A DNA stretch of 64,000 bases from Octopus sinensis. Lineage: Eukaryota. Location of the stretch: the NCBI RefSeq assembly GCF_006345805.1, contig NC_043005.1, forward strand, positions 68,882,001-68,946,000, given 5' to 3'. The translations under genes were made by a program, and so were the position numbers. Shown here piece after piece: positions 41,451 through 53,541 of this stretch; the first letter of the stretch is position 1, and each line of letters begins with the position of its first letter. The notes under the pieces were generated by a model. The model did not search any database. It was not told the origin of the DNA and was given only the letters and a program-made list of their open reading frames with translations.

Positions 41451-41954
41451 TATAATTTGGTTTTGGAAAGAATTTCCGAATCATATTGTGTTTAAAAGCT
41501 TCGGCTGTAAATTTCCAGGCTAATGTCTTGAGGTTTGTATGCTTCTCCTCTGGGTGTCTACTTTGAACACAACTGGCATATGCTCTTGCTTTTATTACCT
41601 TGAAAACTGGTGAAATAATTTTATGTTTCAATCAGGAACCTATGGGTAGCCGTATTTCCCTTAGCTGTGTTAGCATGTCTGCCTATATGTTTAAGAATTT
41701 GCTCATATTCAAATGAATTCATAAAGAGTATGTCATATTATACCGACTAAAGTATACTCTGCACAAAAACAATAGGGTCGACTCAAATTTGAAAACCCTT
41801 CATGTTCTTGCAGTAAACTAACCGCCACGTAATTACTGAGCAACAAAAAAGTAGGTTATTAAATGGAGTTTCGAATATAAATCGAGGAAATCAATAAATA
41901 TATTTAGATAACAAAAAGCACTGAGGAATTATTTTTATTATTTATGCGGCATTT

Positions 41955-42247
41955 TCTAGCCTAGCCAGGCTCATGCGCCCGGTTTCCCTGTTTCTATGGC
42001 GTGTGTGTTCACCCCAGCAGGACGGGATGCCAGTCCATCACAGCGTTACTCAAGAAACATGAAGAAAGATTGAGAGAAAGTTGGGGCGAAAGAGTACAAT
42101 ATGGGTCGCCACTACCCCTGCCGTAGCCTCGTGGATCTTTAGGTGTTTTCGCTCAATAAACACACACAACGCCCGGTCTGTGAAACGAAACCACGATCCT
42201 CCAACTGCGAGTCTGCTGCCCTAACCACTGGGCCATTGCGTCTCCAC
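41955..42247 (-). mobile_element. tRNA-derived SINE family C
   Basis: Head GTGGAGACGCAATGGCCCAGTGGTTAGGG (A-box TGGCCCAGTGG); 3' part GATGGACTGGCATCCCGTCC…CATGAGCCTGG shared with the copy at 43171. Confidence 0.8.
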
Positions 42248-43170
42248 AGGCATAAATTTAGGTTGCAGAAAATATCGAGAAATTTGAAAATGGAGAACTG
42301 GAGTATAACTCGACGTCTGCCGTTTAACTGATGTTTGCAATCGGCAGTTACGTGGATCAGAGCAATTTTCTCTGTGATGTGTACTTTATGCAATATGTTA
42401 TATACATGATATTCATTTATATTTTCATACGTTTAAAAAAAAGATGTTTTCTCAAAGTTCCTTTTGAAAGCTTCAAAGCAGCAACAGCATATGATAACCA
42501 GCATGTGATTGGTGTAACTAAATTTTCTGATCTATTTGGTTTATTTATATCAGTGGGATATATAATAGTGGGTATCGTAGCTGTCCCATCGCCGGCAAGT
42601 AGCGTCGGTTCATTGCCATTTTAGTAAATTGCTATAAATACCAATTTTTAAATTGCACAATAATTGAAATGAAACAAGTTTCACAAACACTCATATTTAC
42701 GTAACATGCACACTTACACACACTGATACCCGCGCGCGCATATACACAAATATTCACGCAAAGGAATTCATACAGGAGCGCACAAACACGCATGCACATA
42801 TATAAGAATCGTAACCCAGGAGAAGAGTTGTGCCACACCTTGATCTGTATTGTATTGGTTTTTTTTATTAGTATCTCGTCTTGAATTCCTATCCAGATAC
42901 CATGAGTTTTCCGTTTTTATTGTGTCTGTACATTACTATATTTATTACTTGATGTATATTAAGCAACAAAAATATAACGTGAGGTCAATCAAACTGGTAA
43001 CAACATTTCTACTCCTAAACGGACACATAATTATATATGCTAGGTTACAAATTAATTTGTTTCAGTCTCCAGAAGTAATGATAAATACAGAACATACGAT
43101 ACATCCCTTTTCTATGATACCTTCAAAAATTAATCCACCCAAATATTTAGCAAATACTAAGACCAATAAT

Positions 43171-43405
43171 GTGGAAGTGTGTCGCTTAGTGGTTAGGGTG
43201 TCAACATCAGGATCGTAGAAATGTGATTTCGATTCCTGGACCGGGCGACGAATTGTGTTCTTGACCAATTCACTTCATTTCACGTTGCTCCAGTCCACTC
43301 AGCTGCGATGGACTGGCGTCCCGTCCAGCTGGGGAACACATACGTCATTGAAACCGGGAACCCGGGCCCATGAGCCTGGTCAGGCCTTAAAAGAGCGCAT
43401 TTATT
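43171..43405 (+). mobile_element. tRNA-derived SINE family C, internally shorter copy
   Basis: GTGGAAGTGTGTCGCTTAGTGGTTAGGG…GATTTCGATTCC…GATGGACTGGCGTCCCGTCCAGCTGGGGAACAC…CATGAGCCTGG. Confidence 0.8.
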
Positions 43406-43785
43406 TTATTTTTAAGACAAGTAGATATCTATATTGGAGATAGCAAAGTAATATTTCTGGTGATATCCATTTTTACCAACTTAATCGTAATTTGGTTAAC
43501 TTTCCCCATAAACACGTCGCACAAATATATTAAATATAAAATACAGATTTACAAGCGCAGGAAATATTGTATACTTATATATACGCAATGTCTACTTGTA
43601 AGGACGCGGCATATCTTTATGCAACCATAATATACTACAAAGTATATTAAACATTTTTATAAGTCATTACCGTGTTCAACTGTGTTAGCAGTGTGCTTTA
43701 CATCATTCGTTAAGGTTGTCTCTACAGATATTCGATGGAAATTATAGCCAGTATTTTTTGGTCACAATATTACGTAATGATATAC

Positions 43786-43828
<43 letters not shown>

Positions 43829-46800
43829 CATACATACACACACATACAAATATATATAGAGAGAAAGAGGAAAGAGAGGATGAGAAGTGAGATGTAGTAA
43901 AAAATGTAATATGATTAAAGGTTGGTTCTCGACAGAAATATTACTCGAAACCAAAGCTTAAAAATATAAATAATATTTTTTGAGATAATCAATTTTTCTA
44001 TTCATAGGTAATTTTCTTTTTTTTTTCAAACTGAATTTGTGTTGATTTTCAATATATATTTGATTCTTTTACATGAGTTCTGTATCACATCTAACAAATT
44101 ATTTTGTTTGTACTATTAAGAAAAAAGAAGGCAAATTTGTATTAAGTTTTTGGCGAACGATTTCACAGAGGTAATATCGTTTATTTATCAATGTCCGAGT
44201 CTCACCGGCTATAAATAGAGACTGTGCTCTTGGTAGGATTATACGGTGTGTTTGCGAGACGTGTCTACTCTTCCGTATGTAATCACATCGTCCCCCTTGT
44301 TATTCAGTGGATGTTTTGCCACAATATCTCAGTTGTCAGAAAATATGCATACTAGCATACTAGCATTTAGTTTCATGACTCCATTTTCTCATATCCCATC
44401 CTACAGGGCTGATAAAATGCGTCATCATCACGTAGAGCATCAATGTAACTGACTGAGTTTCTCAAACCATGGTGCCTTGGGGAGTTTATTACGATATCAA
44501 TTTCTGAATAGATGTAGATCGATTTTATCATACCTCGGTTTCATTACCACAGATGCATTAACTGCATATAGTTTCAAATGGTTGTGTTCTATACACCAAC
44601 TGTATTCTCCACGCTTATGGTGTCATTTGCAAAATACATTTCTGTAACCTATATCATATGTAATATCTGGACACAAAATAACTTTGCCTGAATTTAGTAT
44701 ATATCAGCCCGCTCCAGAAAAAACCTCAATGTTCTACATGTTGTTTTACAATATTGTATTATATAAATTACTGTTTTGATTAGACATACTACCATGATCC
44801 ATAAGTCGCAAGAAATGCACATTGAATAACGAAATATACGTGGATAATATAATTACTTGTGGTCTGAATTTGATCCATACAAGAGGAAATTATTATCTTT
44901 CGCAGTACAGTACACCTACGGCCATATGCAATGCCATCGGAGTTTTAGAAGAATGATGTACATAAAGGACTGGCCATACTACATTCATATAGTCTGTATC
45001 TTGCTTTAAGTAGCTTGTGGTACTTCATTTATGAAAATACTTTACTTAGTGCTAAGATTCCTTAGAAATATAATCCTTCGATATTTATGGTCAATGAACA
45101 TCTGAACCAGATGACATGAAATGAAGAGCAATTTATCTAAAGATTTGCAATTGCTGTTTGGAGAAAAATGGTATATTTTTGAGCTGGAGCAAATTGTTTT
45201 GCTCTTTTAAAAGAAAACTTCTAGCTATACATGATTAGTCACGTCCTACAAAAGAATTTTTCAACAATGTTATTGACAACGTATGATTAAGTGTGCTGCA
45301 GCCACAACAACATCAACAACAAAACTAACATAGATGTATGTTTGTTCTATTTCGCCAATCGTATATTGCAGACATAAAAAATTAGAAATATGAGAAAAAC
45401 TTTGCTATTTGTAAATATTACAAATGATATGTACGCAAAAAATGTATTCAAGCCAAATTTTCATTATAGAGATATAAAATTTAACAATCCTAGTTTCAGA
45501 AAAAAGGGGTCATGAAACCCCTTATATGGTTTTACTTACACATCGCAAAAAGAATCTATGTAAAATGTATCTTCGCAAATTCTGATTTCACACAATTTGA
45601 TGAAGTAAAATTGCTAAACACTATAGAAATTAATGATTCCACCGAATATGGTATCACCAATGTTTAAGTCATAGAGCCGTAAGAGTACTAGCAGAATCTG
45701 ATGCTAAAAGAAATGCATATAAGTTCGCAATTGCTGGTAATGGTCGCTGAAAGCAATTAGGAAAGAAGTGTGCTTCTTATTTATTTACAGTGGATGCGGT
45801 GACTATATTTTCAATTACATTGTATGACAAGTTTCCTTTATGGCTTATTCAGGCATGAAATAATAGTGTACATTTCTTGTTTGCTGGTTTGCGTGACTAG
45901 CAAAGGTACGAGAAGGAAAAAAAATATTTCACAAGATATAACCATAGAAAATAACTTACAAAGTTATTCAGTTGTAATGACATTTGGTTTGAATGCTAGG
46001 CCGTTCCTAAACAGAACAACATTAAGAACAATCAAATAACTGATGAAGTGTGAAACTTATGAAGTCAAATACTAATGCTTTCATCGAAGGAGCTTCTGTG
46101 CATATTTCAATCTGTCCTTACCCTCTGTTATTTCATGTTGTGGGATCGAACCCTAGACATAAAGACTGTCGAGCAAAGTCCTAACTACGGACGCGAAACT
46201 GCAACGTAGCAAAATCTGCAGTTTCCGTTACTTCAAGTCATACAATATCTGGAGTTTGTATGACGAGTTCTGAACGAGCAGTGTTGCAAAGTTACAGAAA
46301 TTTCCTTCTTTCGTTGCAAATTTGTTTCACATTCAGTTATTGGAAACATTACATTTTGTTCCATAGCAAAGTGACAAGGGAAAATATGAAAACCCATCTG
46401 CTGCTAGATGCACTAACATTTATTTTATATTAAGAAACCAGGAAAGCAAGGAGGCAATAATGTTTCCTATCCAATTATACGCATAACATTATTCCTTGAA
46501 ATATTTAGTTCCATTGGAAAATAGCAGGGGGTAAATAAATTAATTTAGCCGCTTCTTTCGGTGTGCCTTCAGACATTTTAGAAATAAATACCCCAAACAT
46601 TGTCACTAAAGATTAGGCACGGCCGGAAATTACTATACTTCATGGATTTTGATTAATTAAAATATGTGTATTATATAATGGTGTATTATGTCCTGAAGAA
46701 ACTGAGGTAATAATTATTTTTTCATTGCTAAGGGTGAAATATATTAGTTATGGCTTACTTATACAAAAAGGGTCTATTCTCTGTATTGCATTGACTGTAA

Positions 46801-48304
46801 TTGGAATTCCCATTTCTACATTTAATCTTCGCAGTGATTCAAAATATATAAATATAAATTGACTTCAAAATATATAAGATGGTTTAGAAAATACGCTAGA
46901 TTTGTAGATAATGAATTGAACTTAATTCTGCATCAATGTGTAACATCACTTGGTTCTTTGAGCAAGTTCTTTATTTCCATATCATTTGAAGCGTCGCAAA
47001 ATGCTTCATGTAATTTACTAGCAATAGTGTTATTAGACCGTTTGAAATCTAACGTACTAACTTGAGTCTGGTATTACAATGCATATCCTTTACACTCAGA
47101 ATCCATATATCTAAAAGTAATTTTGCGTTTCAGACTTTCATTTCTTCCCACAGTGTAAGGTGAATCTTATGTAAGCATAAAACTTGCACATGATATATTA
47201 TATTATGTTATAGTATAGTGTAGTGTATCATATTTTACATTAATTGCAGAATAACATGCTAGCAAAAATTCTTACGAACGTATACACAGATAATTGTCAG
47301 CTACAAAACCCCTCGCAGTTTCCGTACAAAGCGACATATTCATCGGTTTTGGGTAAGAAGAATTGCATTAATCTGAAACAATACGCATGTATATGCTTTA
47401 TTTTCCTTACCCTTTCAATACTGTTATCTGCCGAGGTATATCTTCAATATTACAAACGCAATACAGCCAGTCCTATTCTAAAGAGCAACAACACTATCTC
47501 ACGATGCAAAACTTACCCGATAGCATTCAGTTCAAACAAGTAAAATGTGACGCTGACTGTCTGTAACCACTATCTGTCCGAGCAATCTTGCTTCCATAAA
47601 ATAAACACAAAAACAGCACTAAATAAATGATCAAGTAAACCTTATTTCGCTGAATCCCACCAAAATATGAAAGGCAAGCAACGTTTTCTGTAATTAATTT
47701 CGCGCATAATTTTAGAATATTTTATTGTTGATTAGTTGAATTTGTAATATTATTTGTGTATGAAGTCATCTATAATTTCTATGAATTTTAATTGCAGAAT
47801 TAATAAAGTTATTTTAGACAATATATTCCATTTGTAGATGAACAAGAGACATATATATTTGCATAAATGTGTGCTCATTATATAACATCAGGGAGCTCCT
47901 TGTGTCACATTATTTCATTAATATTTCATATGTCATGTAATACTGATCCTGTACCTGAAATTGTATATTGTAGTAGTCAAAGGTTAACGTCGTTTAATGA
48001 ATCCATTTGTAAAACTGATCTGGTGAGGGCAGAAGTATTCCGACGAAAGATAGTTGAGAGAATAGGAAAGGAAAGAAAAGGAGACATACATTAAAGTGCT
48101 CACCTCTCCTCAACTTCTCTTTTTAGCTACGATACTTCTTTGATTTATATCTCAAACCTAGGTATAACAGTAAAAAAATAATGTAAATTTTATTTTTCAT
48201 TCGTTTCGAAAATTGGTCTTAAATGTGGTTTGGGCGTTTCGACTGCTTCTTCTAACGTGTAAAAATTACCTGTTAAAGGTAGTTTATTCTTGTGTTTAAA
48301 TGTA

Positions 48305-48340
<36 letters not shown>

Positions 48341-48344
<4 letters not shown>

Positions 48345-48410
48345 TGACGTATTTTTGCCATTTCAATATGGCATCCACCCTTAGGGGTTAGCCATAAAAT
48401 ACGTCACGAT
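48341..48410. repeat. 70-bp inverted-repeat unit with two internal hairpins, between (TA)n tracts
   Basis: ATCGTGACGTATTTT/AAAATACGTCACGAT (15 bp perfect); inner TGCCAT/ATGGCA and ACCC/GGGT. Confidence 0.85.
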
Positions 48411-48450
48411 GTGTTACCGCTACTGTATATAACTAACTCTGATATTTATC

Positions 48451-48481
<31 letters not shown>

Positions 48482-48484
<3 letters not shown>

Positions 48485-49490
48485 CTGAATCGGCCGGCAA
48501 TACCCGGAGAAGTGGAGGGTATCTCCAGTTCCCGTTTCTGTTACACTTCCTAATGTCCTTCTCGTTCCCTGTTCAGTTGCCGTTTATATTAGAAATATAT
48601 CTACAAATAGACGGTGACGTGGGATACATTTACAAATACTGGCAGGCATTGGAGTTCAATCATAAAATGTGTTAATTATAATTGTAAGACAATATCAAAG
48701 TTGAATTTGTGGATGGTTGGAAGGATGAGCGTATTGACGATGTACGTCTATGAAAGCATTGATGGTTGATTATTATCAATTTTGAAGAGCCTCTTGATAT
48801 AGTACACTTTTGGTTGTGCCCTCTGGAGCATAAATAAACAAATGATTTTGATGGCTGACGCTTGAGCATCCTACATATAGTTGACCAAGGCAAAAAAAAA
48901 AACAGGTTGTGCAAGGTTTAGGCCAACCACATCCAAGGGCCGTACCTGGGCCTTGTTCGTGGTCATTGCAAAACTCAGTTTTACAGGAAAATGCAGTCGC
49001 TTGAACTCGAACGGCATGTCAGAAGGAATTAGCGGAATTCGTGTTATGAAGACAACCTCACCACTTCCTGGTAGCGTGTAAGACTCTTGGCATCATCTTC
49101 TTGGCTGTAAGACGTGTTCTACTGCAGAGCTTAGGTGAGTCCAGATCTCTTAAAAGCAATCTTGTGATGCAAGTTGTGAGGAGGATTGCTGGTGCCAGGC
49201 TATTCGAAATGTCAGTGGGGTATTTCACAATTTCATCGGAGTTCAGCACATAGATCCAGTATTTTGATGCTGCATTCTTTGGCTCTAAGATGGCATGTGT
49301 TCTCAGTCATGTTTTGTCTTTAAATTGTATCCCCATGATTGGAAACACTGTATGTCCGATACAATATGTGCAAACGGCAAACTAGCCTGGCCACCCTATC
49401 CACAGACAAGAGTGCCTTGTACCAACGTTCAGTAGCTTATGAAAGAAAGTTTCAGCTTTCCCATTACCACTGAGATGCACTGTGCTCCTT
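48482..49490 (-). mobile_element. Helitron relic: PIF1-type helicase C-terminus and 3' end
   Basis: VHLSGNGKAETFFHKLLNVG, LNSDEIVKYPT…LLRDLDSPKLCSRTRL and PFEFKRLHFPVKLSFAMTTNKAQ…PVF[fs]GQLYVGCS; near the end CCGG-GTATTG-CCGG hairpin then CAGCTTA (degenerate CTAG). Confidence 0.85.
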
Positions 49491-49648
49491 TCCCCAGAAA
49501 AGGAAAAATTTGGCTGCTATTTCTAGCACACACTGCTACCAAGTAACAGCTATTTGCGATAACGGTGGGTCCGTTATCGCAAATAGCTGTTACTTGGAAG
49601 CAGGGTGTGCTAGAAATAGCAGACAAATATTTCCCTTTCTGAGGAAAG
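49488..49648. repeat. 161-bp palindrome (78-bp arms, 6 mismatches, 5-nt loop)
   Basis: Arms 49488-49565 and 49571-49648 are reverse complements around TGGGT. Confidence 0.95.
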
Positions 49649-49699
49649 AAACCGTTTTAGCGTGATTTCGATTCAAATATGAGAGTTAATTCACTAAAG

Positions 49700-50250
49700 C
49701 GTATGCGGGAAGTGATAGAACAAAGTATTGAAAGTTCGCTCTCCCCGTCAGTAAACACATTCTCTCTCTCTCCCGTTCTGTCCCTGTCTCTCGTTCTCTC
49801 TGTCTCTCTCTCTCACATTCCCTGTAATTCTGTTTCTTACTGTCTCCTCCCCTTCACTGATATCAGCCACCCTTAATATGCCACGTGATTTCACTCAACG
49901 TGCTAGTCATTTATGGAATAAAATGAAAGACAAGTATAGTGCCATTGTTTCAGTTCCCTGTTTCGGTGTCTCTTCCTGTCTTCTGTCTTCTCTTATCTGA
50001 TATCAGCCAACACACATTATGCCATCACATTTCCCTCAACGGGCCCTCAACCTGACACATTTTTGCACCCTTCTCATTTTATCATATAATAACCCAACCC
50101 ACGTATCAATTTTTATTGAAATCCAATTAGGCTAAAATTGAACTAGATTTTAGTTGAAAAAGTATGCAACATTTGGTGAAGATTGGTTCGCTGATATAGA
50201 CAGTTAGATGGTAGCAGATAGACAGAAATTGACATATATATATATATATG
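49700..50250 (+). mobile_element. Probable non-autonomous Helitron-like element with internal CT-rich tandem subunits
   Basis: Two related subunits (CTGATATCAGCC…ATGCCA…TCAACG at about 49857 and 49997), CT-rich tracts, and a terminal ATTTGGTGAAGATTGGTTC…GACAGAAATTGAC(AT)n pattern like Lep1/HINE-type elements. Confidence 0.45.
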
Positions 50251-50904
50251 CATAGATACAAGTTTATACGTACATATATATTAAGTACATATGGAGTCAA
50301 GTATGTGTGTATATGTGTGCACCGACTGCCATTTTCGACTACATCCAATTCTGCTAACAAGTAAATTATATATACATACAGGAATTCTGTTTTTCATATA
50401 AATAGATTGAAATGCCACCAGTCGTCATTTATTATAGAAATAAGAATTCTACACAAAAGCATACGAACTCTGACATGTTTTACTGCTTGTGGTAATATTT
50501 TCTTGTGAATATTTTGTTGCATATTATAAACATTGACTCCTCAACATTTGCTTATTGTAATAGACCAAATTCCGTGCTGGTCATTTTTCCAACGCAGTGT
50601 ACATCACATTAATATTGAAATTTATTGCTATTAATTTCTTTTTCGAACTTGTTTTAAATAATTAGAATGTTGTCAGGCAAATTTTTATAGTTTGCCTGAT
50701 TCAGGTCATATATTTGACGGAATATATTTAATATATATTGATAATAAATGTAAGAAGGAAAATTATGTGCTATAGAATAACCATTTCCCAAAGGAATAAT
50801 CATTGTTTTTGTAACGATTTATATATAGATATAAATCTGATGCAATATTTATTTCTCAGTGTTTTGCGCAGCATTAACAATCGTTTGTTCATTAATGCAT
50901 AGAT

Positions 50905-51038
50905 AAGTATGTCTGTATCTACCTATCTACCAACCTACCCACCTAAGTACCTACCTACCTACCTACCTACCTATCTACGTACCTACGTACCTACCTACGT
51001 ACCTACGTACCTACCTACTTACATACATACATACCTAC

Positions 51039-51077
<39 letters not shown>

Positions 51078-51290
51078 CCTATCTATCTGTCTGTCTATCT
51101 GTCCATCTATTTGTCTATCTATCTACCTATCTATATATATACCTATCTATCTACATGTCTATCCGTCAGTCTGTCCGTCAGTCTGTCTCTCTCTCTATAT
51201 ACACACATATATATATATATATAAATACACACACATTTATATGTACATATACTTACACACGTATATACATACACAGCTATATGTATATAT
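50905..51290. repeat. Compound (TACC)/(TACG)/(TATC)/(TA) microsatellite
   Basis: Direct reading. Confidence 0.9.
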
Positions 51291-51931
51291 GTGCGCCTTT
51301 CAGTCAACATTTCCATAACATTTTGAACTTCTAAGTCATTAACGATTGACGAAAAATTGGCTTACAATGTGATCGAATGTATAAAGAGTACATTCTAGCT
51401 AATAATAACAATTAAATTTAACTGAGCTCTCACTGGAGTAGATTTTCAGTACGCAAATTAAACGGGGAATGGCACTATAGAAATCTAACTAATAAGCAAT
51501 GCCGTTTCTCTGAAGAGATAATTATATTTTTACTCTCGCAATAGTGTTCGTAATGAGGGTAAATTTAAAATTTTCTCAGCAGTAACATGTCTCTGTATTT
51601 CAGAGACATGCTATAAATGGTCAAGCGAGAATATGACATACTACGCAAAGTCATATGTTGGAAAGTTATTGGTTTTAGAAATTTAGTATAAATTACGTCA
51701 AGAAATTATGCATATCCCAATGATAGTGTTGGGTTTTTTATATGTATAGATGCATTTGGTTTAATTATATCTCGGTATAGGAAACATTTACTGAGTTTTA
51801 TGTCAATAAATCACTTTTATTCCTGAAAGCTGCTTTTTAATATCTTCTACGAACTGCTCGAACCTTACTTTCTTTGTTCACCATGAACATAGGATCTTAT
51901 TTTACACACACACACAAACACACAAACACAT

Positions 51932-51999
<68 letters not shown>

Positions 52000-52019
52000 A
52001 TATATGTATGTATGTATGT

Positions 52020-52205
52020 GTATAGGTTTGTGTCTGTGTGCGTGTGTATGTTTGTGAGTGTATTTGTACGCTACCGTGGATTTATAACCGGTTTGTTGTG
52101 TTTACATCCCTGTAGCATAACGGTTCGGCAAAAAGAAAGACTATAGAATAAGCGCTAGGCTTTTAGAAACTATTAGTGCTGGGGTCGATCAATCCGATTA
52201 AAACA
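52020..52205 (+). mobile_element. SINE family A, 3' half only
   Basis: TTTACATCCCTGTAGCATAACGGTTCGGCAAAAAG…TAGAATAAG…CTGGGGTCGAT after a (TA)(TG) tract. Confidence 0.7.
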
Positions 52206-52362
52206 AAATAAAACTACTGAGAATATATAGAAGTTGTGCAACTATGCTGAAATTTAAGTACCTATTTACCAGCCACAGTAGTTTTACAACTGAGAACAGA
52301 GATGGATGCCCGCATGCAAAATCGTGCAGGTACACAGACTTGTAATCAATATATGTCTAAAG

Positions 52363-52552
52363 AAAGGCAGCGAGCTGGCAGAATCGTTAGCACGCCGGAC
52401 GAAATGCTTGTTATTTCGTCTACTGCTACGTTTTGAGTTCAAATTCAACCGAGGTCAACTTAGCTTTTCATCCTTTCGGAGTCGGTTAAATAAGTACCAG
52501 TTACGCACTGTATTCGACTTAATCCCTTTGTCTGTCCTTGTTTGTCCATTCT
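52363..52552 (+). mobile_element. SINE family B copy
   Basis: AAGGCAGCGAGCTGGCAGAATCGTTAGCACGCCGGACGAAATGC…GAGTTCAAATTC…TAATCCCTTTGTCTGTCCTTG. Confidence 0.9.
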
Positions 52553-52916
52553 AGAAATTCAAAAATGTAGTCACGGTTCAGCTTCATAGATACGTAAACA
52601 TAAGAATAACACATATTTAAATAAATTATGACTTTTGAAAATTATATAACATTAAATGTCATTAAAACATTTGATGCATCATGCTATTTTACGAAATATT
52701 ACGGTATTTCTATTACTATTAGATAACGTATTCAATATGTTTCGTTTTTTTGTGTGAGAGCAATGTATAAAGGAGATAAAGAGGATCCTTCCTAGGCACG
52801 TTCATACATAAATGCATACGATCATACACAGGGGATACATTCAAACATATATACTTACGTACGTACATACATAGATGCCTGCATATGTATAGATACATAC
52901 GTACGTACATATATTC

Positions 52917-52957
<41 letters not shown>

Positions 52958-53541
52958 TGGATGCATATGTATATATACGTACGTACATACATACATATAC
53001 ATGCATATAGAAGGGTATTACTATAAAATAATTGGAGAATATGGGTTTCTGAAAATTGCAATAAAGTAAACCTCTCAGCGTACACCAAATTAATTGGATT
53101 CATAGAGAACTTATAAACTAGTGTGGGGATTAGCATTTAAAATCCTCTGGCTGAGCAAATACTCAAAATCAAATACGCATATGGAGAAAAATCAGTAGCA
53201 CATATAGACTAATGAAGAGTTTGCACTATTATATTAAAGGGACAGACACAGTCATTGTATGGAGTCAACTTTATACACATGTAGCCTTTATACGTATAGC
53301 ACACAGTCGTCTTTGACTTACAGACGCCGTCAATGATCGAATTGTCTTTTAAATATGTATACTTAAATACCGAAGAAATGAAATAAATATATAGAAGCCT
53401 ACAAACAGATATACATATATACAAAATTCTATATAAATATATCTATACCTATATATATATATATATACTTTGATAGGTTTCGGCCATTATTGGCCCAGGC
53501 CATGTCTAACTTAATAGCACCACCTGGTGAAGTCTTTCAAG

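Noticed and set aside
46030-46075. Hammerhead near-match CTGATGA-AGTGT-GAAA-CTTATGAA-GTC
   Set aside because: Stem III and the GUC triplet look good, but stem II is only 1 bp and no stem I can form (AAATAA versus AAATAC); likely chance.
46138-46195. tRNA-like segment on the minus strand (GGTTCGATCCCA B-box)
   Set aside because: No cloverleaf; probably a decayed SINE head rather than a tRNA gene.
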